Below are positions 55,393 through 64,000 of a DNA stretch of 64,000 nt, in pieces. Below the pieces are notes generated by a model. That model ran no database searches. It was not told the DNA's origin and worked only from the letters and a program-made list of their open reading frames with translations. How positions within the stretch are numbered: position 1 is the first letter of the stretch; each line of letters begins with the position of its first letter. Source of the DNA: Ignavibacteria bacterium (GTDB lineage: Bacteria; Bacteroidota; Ignavibacteria; UBA10030; SZUA-254); contig JACOSX010000135.1 in the NCBI GenBank assembly GCA_016178625.1, forward strand, positions 7,130 through 71,129, read 5' to 3'. Both the position numbers and the translations under genes were made by a program.

Positions 55393-56193
55393 ATGTATTA
55401 CACGCTCATTCCTGTTCTTCTTTCAACAACAATTTGTCTTGCGGGGTTCGAACGAACCGAAGTTGGCGCCCGCCCGGCTGCGTTAGGAAATGCGTACGTT
55501 GCTCTTTCCGACGACGCATGGGCAATATTTTTTAACGTTGGTGGTCTATCACAGCTCTCGAGTCGAGAGGTCTCATGCTGCTATTCGCCTCAGCCATTTG
55601 GACTATCCGAACTTTCCACTGTGGGTGCTGCCGTTGTCTTGCCGACACATACAGGTGTGGTCGGCATTGGTGTTCGACGTTACGGATACGAGATGTATCG
55701 TGAAGTCTCCACATCCTTGAGTTACAGCAATACACTTTCGGGCATGGATGTTGGTGTGAGTGTCTGCTATCATTCGGTGTCGATCAAAAATTACGGCTCT
55801 GCAGGAACTATCGGTCTCGATGCAGGGGCTATGATTCGGATTGCGAGCGGGTGGCGGTGGGGCATTTCTATGAAAAACCTGAATGCTCCGAGGATCGGAA
55901 TATCGAAGGAAAACCTTCCCCAATCATTTTCGACCGGAGTAATGTACAGTCCTTCGGTCGATGTTCGGCTCATGCTCGATGTGCAAAAAGAAGTCCTGTT
56001 TGACCCATCGCCGCGTTTCGGATTTGAGTATTGGCTGATCGACGCCGTCGCGTTTCGCGGAGGGGTTTCTGACACGCCGTCCCAGTTCTCGGGCGGGGTC
56101 GGAATCCGCTATGGAATATTCTGCTTCGATTATGCCTTCACAACGCACCAAGAGTTGGGCGGAACTCATCAAGTATCTGTCACAATTCGTTAG
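55393..56193 (+). CDS. PorV/PorQ-family-like outer membrane beta-barrel protein
   Basis: GARPAALGNAYVALSDDAWAIFFNVGGLS resembles the conserved N-terminal strand/loop of PorV/PorQ-type barrels. The rest has an alternating beta pattern. It is divergent from the DUF4835 gene. Confidence 0.55.
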   Translation: MYYTLIPVLLSTTICLAGFERTEVGARPAALGNAYVALSDDAWAIFFNVGGLSQLSSREVSCCYSPQPFGLSELSTVGAAVVLPTHTGVVGIGVRRYGYEMYREVSTSLSYSNTLSGMDVGVSVCYHSVSIKNYGSAGTIGLDAGAMIRIASGWRWGISMKNLNAPRIGISKENLPQSFSTGVMYSPSVDVRLMLDVQKEVLFDPSPRFGFEYWLIDAVAFRGGVSDTPSQFSGGVGIRYGIFCFDYAFTTHQELGGTHQVSVTIR

Positions 56194-56201
56194 GAGGCAA
56201 C

Positions 56202-57980
56202 ATGTCTGGTTGGACACAGATTTGGGTCATGTGCTTTCTCGTCTTTGACATCTCTCATGCAGTAGTAGCTCAGGTGGATTCGTTAGTGGAAACGGACTCT
56301 CTCGGTGAATATTCCCTCGAGTCTGTGGTGGAGCAAAGTTCACAGACGGAAGATTCCCCTCTGCTCGATTACATTATGGGCAGAAATGAACAACAACAGC
56401 CCTCGATCGAACTCCGCTCGCGGTTAACTCAAGCCCTTCAACAATCGAAGGGAATTACGTCAGGTGTGTATCTCGGGTCGCCACCCAAATCATATCAGCG
56501 CGTGAAGTTTTCCGCCGGAGAACATCTGGGTGGCGGAATACTCTTTGAGAAAGATGCAGGTGAACGTCGCTTCGATGATTTTACTTCTGCAAATCTGATG
56601 ATTGCCAACCTTGGTCCACTCACCAAAGGGATCTTCGGTGATTTCTTTGTCGAGTCGGGACAAGGTATAGGTCTATGGCGTGGGTTCGATGTTTCAAAAG
56701 GATCCGAGGTGATTCTCCCTGTGAGGAGGGATGCCGCCGGACTCAATCAGTACCTCTCCTCTGATGAGAACTCCTTCTTGCGTGGCGTTGCGATGGAATT
56801 CCAGTGGGGAAGATTTTCTCCTTTGTTCTTTTACTCGAGTGCAGCTCGAAGTGCCTCGCTCGATGCTCTTGATCGAGTGACGAGCCTTTACACAAGCGGG
56901 TATTTTCGAACAACAACTGAACAAGAGAAGAAAAACAATCTGACAGAAAAGCTCGTTGGCGCAAGCCTGCATTACCAAATGTCAGATGCCAATAGGTTTG
57001 GAGTTTCATGGTATCGAACAACATTCTCACGGCAGCTTTTCTTCGATGACGGACGAATGATGGACGGAGGCGGCTATTCATTTGCATCCATCGATTACAA
57101 TGTGTCGTTTTTAACAACTTCCATCTTCGGCGAATGGGGAAAGTCTAACAATGTCATGGGAGGGATTTCAGGTCTTCTTATCCGCCCTACGCCGGCATTA
57201 GACCTCATCTTGGCGGCTCGTCACTATCCACCTCGCTTCGTGAGCCTGCATGGTCTTGCGTTTGGTGAGCAAACTTCGAATGAAGATGGGGTCTATCTCG
57301 GTTTTCAGTTGAAACCAATGCGACATGTTCGAATTTCATCGTTCTACGATCAGTTTCAATTTTCTGCATCTGGGTCGAATGCATTTCCCCGGACCGGTCA
57401 TGACGTTCTTCTCCAGCTCCAGACGCAGCCGGTGTCTCGTCTGGAGTTCACGATGCGATATCGTCGCAAGATCACCTATGCACAATCATCACAACTGGAT
57501 ACGAACGGTTTCACTCATGAGGTCGGAGACGACCAGCGGAAGCAACAAATCAGGATTGATGCCAATTATCATCTCTCAAAGAATATTAGACTCCGTTGTA
57601 GGCTGGAGAGATTGTTTCTTGATACAAGAATCTCCGGCGCGCACGAGAATGGTGTGGTGACGTATCAGGACCTTCGAATTCAACCGTCTGATCGAGTATG
57701 GTTTGCCATTCGAGTTGCTTACTTCAAATCCGATTCTTTTGAATCGGGCATCACGGACTATGAAAACGATCTTCCCGGTGTTGTGACGTTGCCGGTGTTG
57801 TACGGTACTGGCGTGAGATGGTACTTTTTGATTCGATACAAGCTCGCGGGATTGTTGGAGCTTTCGGCAAAATACTCGGACCTCATGAGAGACGACGTGA
57901 AAAGAATCGGCACGGCCTTGGATGAGCTTCCCTCCAACCATGATAATCGGCTCTCGGTCCAGCTCGATCTTCGATGGTAA
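56202..57980 (+). CDS. Hypothetical large outer-membrane beta-barrel protein (592 aa)
   Basis: Signal peptide and strong SD (GGAGG). Long alternating-strand sequence ends ...RLSVQLDLRW with a terminal aromatic residue. It lies 8 nt after the PorQ-like gene. Confidence 0.5.
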   Translation: MSGWTQIWVMCFLVFDISHAVVAQVDSLVETDSLGEYSLESVVEQSSQTEDSPLLDYIMGRNEQQQPSIELRSRLTQALQQSKGITSGVYLGSPPKSYQRVKFSAGEHLGGGILFEKDAGERRFDDFTSANLMIANLGPLTKGIFGDFFVESGQGIGLWRGFDVSKGSEVILPVRRDAAGLNQYLSSDENSFLRGVAMEFQWGRFSPLFFYSSAARSASLDALDRVTSLYTSGYFRTTTEQEKKNNLTEKLVGASLHYQMSDANRFGVSWYRTTFSRQLFFDDGRMMDGGGYSFASIDYNVSFLTTSIFGEWGKSNNVMGGISGLLIRPTPALDLILAARHYPPRFVSLHGLAFGEQTSNEDGVYLGFQLKPMRHVRISSFYDQFQFSASGSNAFPRTGHDVLLQLQTQPVSRLEFTMRYRRKITYAQSSQLDTNGFTHEVGDDQRKQQIRIDANYHLSKNIRLRCRLERLFLDTRISGAHENGVVTYQDLRIQPSDRVWFAIRVAYFKSDSFESGITDYENDLPGVVTLPVLYGTGVRWYFLIRYKLAGLLELSAKYSDLMRDDVKRIGTALDELPSNHDNRLSVQLDLRW

Positions 57981-58076
57981 GAGAGCTGATCCTTTCTGAG
58001 TGTCTCTTCGCCCAGCGGACACCAACTCGGGTTTATTGGTTCTTCTTCCTTTTTTTCGTACCTTTAATGAGTCCAA

Positions 58077-59186
58077 ATGATAAATTCTGCATCAAATAGA
58101 ACCGTTGTGGTAGCGATGAGCGGCGGAGTAGACTCATCCGTCGCTGCCGCGTTGCTTCTTGAGAAGGGGTATGATGTTATCGGCGTAACGATGAAGACCT
58201 ACAACTTCGATGAGGTTGGTGGCAACATCGGTAATGAGACGAGCTGCTGTGGATTGGATGCGTTCAATGATGCACGGATGGTTGCAGTGAAGCTTGGGAT
58301 TCCTCACTACGTTGTAGATTTCACCGAGCAATTTGGTCGGGAGGTAATTGACAATTTCGTGGAGGAGTATCTTCAGGGCAGAACCCCAAATCCATGTATC
58401 ATCTGCAACAAGAGAATAAAATGGGGCGAGCTGATGAGAAAGGCTGAGGCTCTTGGCGCGAATCATATCGCGACGGGACACTACGCGCGCGTATCGTTGG
58501 ATGAGCGAACCCATCGCCACTGCATTTTGCGTTCAGCAGATAAGAATAAGGATCAGACGTACGCCCTGTGGGGGTTGAGCCAGTCTGCATTAAGCAAGAC
58601 GCTATTTCCGCTTGGAGGATTAACGAAGCCTGAGGTGCGGTCGATTGCTGCAAGATATGGGTTGAAGACTGCATCGAAGGAAGAAAGCTACGAGATTTGC
58701 TTCGTTGCGGATAACGATTACCGACGCTTTCTCAAGGAGCGTGTGCCTGATCTTGATTCTCGGGTCTCCGATGGCGACATTGTCTTTGATGAAGCTGTCG
58801 TTGGCAAGCATCAAGGATTTCCTTATTACACGATCGGTCAGAGAAGTGGAATTGGGTCTTACGGCGAGCGTGTGTATGTAACGGAGATCGACGCGGTGAC
58901 AAATACCGTAAAGATCGGTCGCAAGGACAATCTGCTTCATCGAGGATTGATCGCTAGAGACATTAACTTCATTGGAATTGAGAAGCTGGACGGAGATATG
59001 CGATTTCACGCGCAAGTGCGATACAAGGATACACCAAGTTTAGCGACAGTATCTCCCGAAGCTGGTGGACGCATTCGCGTTGTCTTTGATGAGCCGAAGC
59101 AAGCAATAACGCCCGGACAGTCTGTTGTCATCTACGATGGCGATAGTTTGGTGGGCGGTGGGGTGATCGAGAGAGTCGACGATTAA
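58077..59186 (+). CDS. mnmA: tRNA 2-thiouridine(34) synthase
   Basis: VVVAMSGGVDSSVAA is the PP-loop. NPCIICNKRIKW and DQTYAL blocks are present. Confidence 0.95.
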   Translation: MINSASNRTVVVAMSGGVDSSVAAALLLEKGYDVIGVTMKTYNFDEVGGNIGNETSCCGLDAFNDARMVAVKLGIPHYVVDFTEQFGREVIDNFVEEYLQGRTPNPCIICNKRIKWGELMRKAEALGANHIATGHYARVSLDERTHRHCILRSADKNKDQTYALWGLSQSALSKTLFPLGGLTKPEVRSIAARYGLKTASKEESYEICFVADNDYRRFLKERVPDLDSRVSDGDIVFDEAVVGKHQGFPYYTIGQRSGIGSYGERVYVTEIDAVTNTVKIGRKDNLLHRGLIARDINFIGIEKLDGDMRFHAQVRYKDTPSLATVSPEAGGRIRVVFDEPKQAITPGQSVVIYDGDSLVGGGVIERVDD

Positions 59187-59282
59187 GCCCGCATTCATTT
59201 CTAATCTATTCTCTTCATCGGAAGGTATTGCCGTGGTGCAGTACTTTCTGATTCACAATCCGCACAAAAGGAATCTTATTTC

Positions 59283-60617
59283 ATGAAATCTGCATCACTC
59301 AACCTCAGCAAGCCGATGATATCGCTGCTGGAAAAAACCGGCATCACTGTTGCAACACCTATTCAGATAGAAATCATCCCTGCGATCAGGGAAGGACGCG
59401 ACATTCTGGCTCAGTCTGAAACCGGATCAGGCAAAACGCTCAGCTTCGCCGTCCCGATCATCGAACAGACGTTCAAGCGGGATGGATTGGTTGCCCTTGT
59501 TCTCGTCCCTACACGTGAACTTTGCTTGCAAGTTTCGGGAGAGTTCATGAAATTCTCCCACGACAAGCATCTCGGCATCACCTCGGTCTATGGTGGTGTA
59601 TCGATCGGCAATCAGATCAAGAAGTTGAAATCGACAAACATCATCGTCGCAACGCCGGGTCGCCTGATAGATCTTCTTAATCGTGGTGCCGTGGCGCTCG
59701 ATACCATCCGGTATCTTGTGTTTGATGAGGCTGATCGCATGCTCGACATGGGATTCATCAAAGATATTGAGCGAATTCTGAAAAAGATACCACAGAAACG
59801 ACAGACAATGTTGTTCAGCGCGACGGTCTCGCCGGAGATCTCTCAATTAAGTACAAAATACCTCAACGACCCGAAGCGAGTGCACTTAGCCTCGGCAGTG
59901 AAGCCCGAATATTTGCGGCAAACGTATTATCGCACATCGTCTGAACAAAAACTGCCACTGATGATTCACCTGCTGAAGAATGAGCGTGACCTGACGCTGG
60001 TCTTCTGCAATCGAAAGCATGTCACCGCGAGGTTAGCGAAAAAACTGTCGGGACAAGGTGTTGTTGCGAAATGCCTGCATGGAGATATGTCTCAATCTCA
60101 ACGTGAGCGGGTGACAAATGATTTCCGGCATAAGAAGTTCAATGTTCTTGTCGCCACCGACGTCGCCGCCCGCGGACTTCATATTGAAGACATCTCTCAC
60201 GTCTATAATTATGAGATTCCTAAAGACGTTGAATCCTACACCCACCGGGTTGGGCGGACTGCTCGTGCTGGCAAGAAGGGTGAGGCGATCTCCCTGGTAG
60301 CGACGGGCGAGGAAGAGAAGTTTTTCAAACAGATCCTCTTCACACATCGCGGTGTCATCGCATTGAAGACTCTTAACGATGTAGAGCTTCCCGTTCTTCG
60401 GCAACAGCCCGCCGAGATCAATCGGAAGCGTCCCGAAAATTATAGCTCTGATCACAAGAGGTCAGACCGGTACAAGAAACATTCGAAGTCTCCTCCAAGA
60501 AAAGTTCACAGGAAAAATGGACCGGCGCGCCCCCATTCGTCCAACCAACCTTCCGAGCAAACCGCTGAGAACCAACCGTCGTGGAAGAAACGATGGCAAC
60601 AGATGTTCAAAAAATGA
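59283..60617 (+). CDS. DEAD-box ATP-dependent RNA helicase with basic C-terminal tail
   Basis: AQSETGSGKT (motif I), PTRELC, VFDEADRMLDMGF (DEAD), SAT and HRVGRTARAG (motif VI). Confidence 0.95.
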   Translation: MKSASLNLSKPMISLLEKTGITVATPIQIEIIPAIREGRDILAQSETGSGKTLSFAVPIIEQTFKRDGLVALVLVPTRELCLQVSGEFMKFSHDKHLGITSVYGGVSIGNQIKKLKSTNIIVATPGRLIDLLNRGAVALDTIRYLVFDEADRMLDMGFIKDIERILKKIPQKRQTMLFSATVSPEISQLSTKYLNDPKRVHLASAVKPEYLRQTYYRTSSEQKLPLMIHLLKNERDLTLVFCNRKHVTARLAKKLSGQGVVAKCLHGDMSQSQRERVTNDFRHKKFNVLVATDVAARGLHIEDISHVYNYEIPKDVESYTHRVGRTARAGKKGEAISLVATGEEEKFFKQILFTHRGVIALKTLNDVELPVLRQQPAEINRKRPENYSSDHKRSDRYKKHSKSPPRKVHRKNGPARPHSSNQPSEQTAENQPSWKKRWQQMFKK

Positions 60618-60745
60618 TCGGGAAGGCCAACGAAAGCGTACGCGTGCGCAGTAGCTCTTGACAGTGACGGGAGGAAAGCTTACCTTAGCTCATAAGATGG
60701 ATCGTTACAGTTAACGCCCGACATCATTTTGGAAGGGAGCTTACG

Positions 60746-60970
60746 ATGAAGCCACTGCCAGTGTTCTTCGTTCGCTTGCTCGCAGGGTGCGCAGCCAATA
60801 CACCTACTGATATTCTCACCAGACCTGTAATACATTGGACGCGACTCGAGCGTGATGCCATCATTACACAAACGATGGTACACAACATCTTCGATCTCAA
60901 AGCGGACATCCGCATCTTTGCCACGCCGAACTATCCAAGTACTGAGGCCATCTCATGTGCAAGGATGTAA
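60746..60970 (+). pseudogene. Truncated first copy of a tandem lipoprotein family
   Basis: It has an intact lipobox (LLAGC) and ~50 aa homologous to the next two genes (TRPVIHWTRLERDAIITQTM...IRIFATPNYPS). It then diverges and stops, overlapping the ATG of copy 2. Confidence 0.55.
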
Positions 60971-61638
60971 TCTTACATTATTTTATCCTATTGACAGTTC
61001 AGTATTTCATGGGCTGTTCTTTCTTAGGCCAGAATACGTACGATGATATTATTGGTCGACCTTCGTCGCGCTGGACGGATGATGACTGCAGAACGATTAT
61101 TGCCTCCGCGATGCAAAATAACAGGTTTTGTCAGTCCTCCAATGTCGTTGTTTTTGCAACCCCATATTATCCGTCCATTATCAACGCCATAAACCGGTAT
61201 TCTCAGCACATCAATCATTGGTCGGAAGAGGAATACCGCTCGGCGATGGATGACATCGCCAAAGATCGGCTGGGGATGTATATTGATTGGGAACAGGGTC
61301 GCTTCGTTGATTCGAGGGGGAACTACTTCAAAGATAAACTTCAGATTGATTCTTTGACGTTTCTTGTATCACTGAAAAACCAGGGTTGGCCATTCCCTGA
61401 CATCATGAACCTTGAGGACCAGATTTACTTACTTAATAATAAGAACAAGTTCATCAAGCCAAAATATGTCTGGGGAAAACGCGGCAGCTCCTTATTTGAC
61501 AAGGAAACTGTTCTTGTGATGTTTCAGTTGCGTAATGGGGAGTATCATTTTCTCGAAGGCTGTAATATGATGTATCTTGTAATCAAAGGTCTCGGTGAAG
61601 ATATCACGTTCCCATTTTCCCCTTCGATGATGCGGTGA
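60955..61638 (+). CDS. Lipoprotein, uncharacterised family (copy 2)
   Basis: Lipobox YFMGC. GRPSSRWTDDDCRTIIASAMQNN...VVVFATPYYPSIINAI...DSLTFLVSL...LVIKGLGEDITFPFSPSMMR. Confidence 0.7.
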   Translation: MCKDVILHYFILLTVQYFMGCSFLGQNTYDDIIGRPSSRWTDDDCRTIIASAMQNNRFCQSSNVVVFATPYYPSIINAINRYSQHINHWSEEEYRSAMDDIAKDRLGMYIDWEQGRFVDSRGNYFKDKLQIDSLTFLVSLKNQGWPFPDIMNLEDQIYLLNNKNKFIKPKYVWGKRGSSLFDKETVLVMFQLRNGEYHFLEGCNMMYLVIKGLGEDITFPFSPSMMR

Positions 61639-61642
61639 AGCG

Positions 61643-62437
61643 ATGCTCGTGATCAGAAAAGCTGTAATGAGCTTGATATGTCTCCTTTGCGGCTGTTACT
61701 ATTTTGGTAAAGATCAATATGACGATATCCTCACCCGTCCGTCGTCGGAATGGTCCCGCCTTGAATGCCATACCATCATCGCCGCTGCAATGCAATCTAA
61801 CCTTTTCGATCAGAATGCCAACGTCAGAGTATTCGCCACGCCATATTATCCATCTGTAATCACTGCCATAAGCCGCAGGAAACAGAAGTCGGAGGACTGG
61901 AACGAGCTGCAATATCGCGAGAACATGGATCAGTTGTTAAAAGATTGCCTCGGGATGTATAGTGACTGGAATACGAATGTGCTCGTCGATGGGCGGGGAA
62001 ACTTCTTCAAGGACAGGTCACAGATTGATTCGCTTATGTTCCTTGTGTCAATGGAAAATAAGAGTGAGAATTGGAATACCAACCAACCATATCTTGCTAA
62101 GGCGCCTTTCGTTGATGGCTCCGGAACTTCAGTGACGCAATCGGAAACCTGGTACGGGAAGATCTTCGAGCTGAAAAATTATCCGGTCTTCATTCCGGAT
62201 TTGACTGCACTTGAGAATAAAATTTTCCTGTTGAATGAGAAAGGAAAATTCATTAGACCCCTACGCGTCTTCAGAGAACCTCAGCCAATGCTCTCGATGA
62301 ACGAGACATTTCTGGTGCTGTTTCGTCTCCGACAAGACGATTATCATTTTCTTGCCGGCTCGGAGAAAATGTTTCTTGTGTTCAAAGGATTGGGGAATGA
62401 CATTCAGCTTTCCTTCCCGTTGTCGATGATGCGGTAA
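61643..62437 (+). CDS. Lipoprotein, uncharacterised family (copy 3, with ~35-aa insertion)
   Basis: Lipobox LLCGC. TRPSSEWSRLECHTIIAAAMQSN...VRVFATPYYPSVITAI...DSLMFLVSM...LVFKGLGNDIQLSFPLSMMR is collinear with copy 2. Confidence 0.7.
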   Translation: MLVIRKAVMSLICLLCGCYYFGKDQYDDILTRPSSEWSRLECHTIIAAAMQSNLFDQNANVRVFATPYYPSVITAISRRKQKSEDWNELQYRENMDQLLKDCLGMYSDWNTNVLVDGRGNFFKDRSQIDSLMFLVSMENKSENWNTNQPYLAKAPFVDGSGTSVTQSETWYGKIFELKNYPVFIPDLTALENKIFLLNEKGKFIRPLRVFREPQPMLSMNETFLVLFRLRQDDYHFLAGSEKMFLVFKGLGNDIQLSFPLSMMR

Positions 62438-62591
62438 GGTTCGATCGAAGAGCACCTGCCGCCGAAGGTGGTGTCATACTTTCATCGTATGATTACTCGC
62501 CAATCCCACCCGACCCTCCACGTGACAATGGGAGAGTGCCTGCCGACAACGTTAAAGATTCAAATGAAGACAATGCCCCAGGGAAAAACAA

Positions 62592-62620
62592 TTGACTTTT
62601 CCTACCGATTCGCGTATCTT
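62592..62620 (+). promoter_or_regulatory. Sigma70-like promoter (TTGACT-N17-TATCTT) for the SulP gene
   Basis: TTGACT at 62592-97 and TATCTT at 62615-20, ~45 nt upstream of GTG 62664. Confidence 0.35.
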
Positions 62621-62663
62621 TGTTGAAACGTTGTTCAAATTTTCTCTCTGAACCTGATCTATT

Positions 62664-64000
62664 GTGCTCAAGCCTAAACTGTTCACCACGCTTCAACATT
62701 ACTCTCGCCAACAATTTCTTTCTGATATTACAGCTGGGCTCATCGTCGGGGTTGTTGCAATACCGCTTGCGGTCGCGTTTGCGATTGCCTCAGGGGTATC
62801 GCCGGAGAAGGGGCTCTTCACCGCCGTTATCGCCGGATTCATTATCTCCGCTCTTGGAGGTAGTCGTGTGCAGATTGGTGGACCGACTGGAGCGTTCGTT
62901 GTCATTGTCTACGGTATCGTTCAGAACTACGGACTTAACGGACTGATCGTCGCAACGATGATGGCAGGAGTGATCCTCATCGTCATGGGGGTCGCGCGGT
63001 TCGGTTCTGCGATCAAGTTTATTCCACATCCAGTTGTTGTAGGATTCACCAGCGGCATCGCGCTGATCATTCTATCCTCACAGGTCAAAGACTTCCTCGG
63101 TCTACAGATGGGGGATGTTCCCTCGGATTTCGTTGAGAAATGGATTGCCTTCGCTGCGCACGTTGATTCGATGAATTTCTATGCGGTTTCCATTGGAATG
63201 GGTTGTATTCTCTTGATCGTGTTCTGGCAGAGGGTCATACACAAGATCCCGGGATCGTTAGTTGCCCTAATCCTTTCCACAATCATCGTACAAGTGTTTC
63301 ACTTTCCTGTGGAGACCATCGGCAGCCGATTTGGAGACATCCCCTCGACTCTTCCAGCACCGACAATACCGTCATTCGACTTTGCCACCTTAAAACATCT
63401 CATCCAGCCTGCCACGACGATTGCACTTCTTGCTGGTATCGAATCACTTCTGTCTGCCGTCGTCGCTGACGGAATGATCGGCGGCAAGCATCGGTCGAAC
63501 ATGGAATTAATTGCTCAGGGTGTTGCAAACATCGCGTCTCCGCTCTTTGGTGGCCTTCCAGCGACGGGGGCAATCGCTCGAACTGCGACCAACATTCGCA
63601 ACGGTGGACGGACACCTATCGCCGGAATGATTCATGCCCTTGCGCTGCTCATGATTATGCTGTTCTTCGGACGGTGGGCTACTCTCATCCCGCTCTCTTG
63701 TCTCGCCGCCATACTCGTTGTCGTGGCATACAATATGAGTGAGTGGAAGGTGTTTAAGGCGCTTCTCAAGAGTCCTCGGAGCGACGTGGTCGTCTTGCTG
63801 ACGACATTTGTACTTACCGTGGTCTTCGATCTTACCGTTGCTATTGAGATAGGGATTGTCCTATCCGTTTTCCTCTTCATGCGCCGGATGGCATTGGTGA
63901 CGAATGTCGACGTGGTGACGCGTGAGTTCCAAGATGAAGAGGAGACCGACGATCCTAACGCGATCGAGAAGCGGGTAATCCCCGAAGGTGTGGAAGTCTA
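62664..64000 (+). CDS. SulP-family inorganic anion transporter (3' end outside window)
   Basis: Not in the ORF track because it has no stop in the window. GTG 62664 follows an in-frame TGA. Translation reads [78 protein letters not shown]..., the canonical SulP N-terminus. The last residues enter the STAS linker. Confidence 0.9.
   Translation, partial: MLKPKLFTTLQHYSRQQFLSDITAGLIVGVVAIPLAVAFAIASGVSPEKGLFTAVIAGFIISALGGSRVQIGGPTGAFVVIVYGIVQNYGLNGLIVATMMAGVILIVMGVARFGSAIKFIPHPVVVGFTSGIALIILSSQVKDFLGLQMGDVPSDFVEKWIAFAAHVDSMNFYAVSIGMGCILLIVFWQRVIHKIPGSLVALILSTIIVQVFHFPVETIGSRFGDIPSTLPAPTIPSFDFATLKHLIQPATTIALLAGIESLLSAVVADGMIGGKHRSNMELIAQGVANIASPLFGGLPATGAIARTATNIRNGGRTPIAGMIHALALLMIMLFFGRWATLIPLSCLAAILVVVAYNMSEWKVFKALLKSPRSDVVVLLTTFVLTVVFDLTVAIEIGIVLSVFLFMRRMALVTNVDVVTREFQDEEETDDPNAIEKRVIPEGVEV

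Noticed and set aside
1-64000. CRISPR arrays, tRNA/rRNA genes, transposases, integrases other than XerC/D, and phage structural genes.
   Set aside because: I saw no regularly spaced direct repeats, no cloverleaf-like GC-rich 75-nt islands in the spacers, and no DDE/HUH/serine-recombinase or capsid/terminase motifs in any frame of the ORF track.

Overview
Gene-dense 64-kb chromosomal window with about 55 protein genes. I found no rRNA, tRNA or CRISPR array by eye. The source looks like an FCB-superphylum bacterium of Ignavibacteria/Chlorobi type; this is an inference. Supporting signs are a T9SS C-terminal sorting domain (NYPNPFNPST...YFYRL), DUF4835/PorD-like and PorV/PorQ-like genes, and two CarboxypepD_reg-type TonB-dependent receptors. 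The visible promoters are classical TTGACA-N17-TAnnnT and Shine-Dalgarno sites are present. Most of the window is housekeeping: ackA, S41 protease, cspA-like, ybeY, topA, xerC/D, hpf, hprK, BamA-like, holB, metG, tatD, mnmA, a DEAD-box helicase and a partial SulP transporter. There is also a run of secreted peptidases (M64, M14, DPP-IV) and envelope/glycan genes (GT2, GT4, WecE-like, GH92). Two patches look accessory. (1) 460-2977 is a tightly packed hicB-hicA-methyltransferase-putative endonuclease island wedged between a pseudouridine synthase gene and ackA. (2) 36.1-41.95 kb is a mosaic of secreted or membrane proteins with unusually long, hairpin-dense spacers. In it, two adjacent genes are each bracketed by their own ~21-30 nt inverted repeat with GTTA...TAAC termini. 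A third GTTAC-cored inverted repeat pair bounds a 180-nt non-coding module, and a third gene is flanked by a ~47-95 nt direct repeat carrying a promoter-like element. A trypsin-fold protease in the same patch is followed by a free-standing copy of its own N-terminal domain. Other oddities are an in-frame TAA splitting a lipoprotein ORF behind a TonB receptor, and a tandem lipoprotein family whose first copy is truncated. All homology calls are motif recognition by eye; no searches were run.
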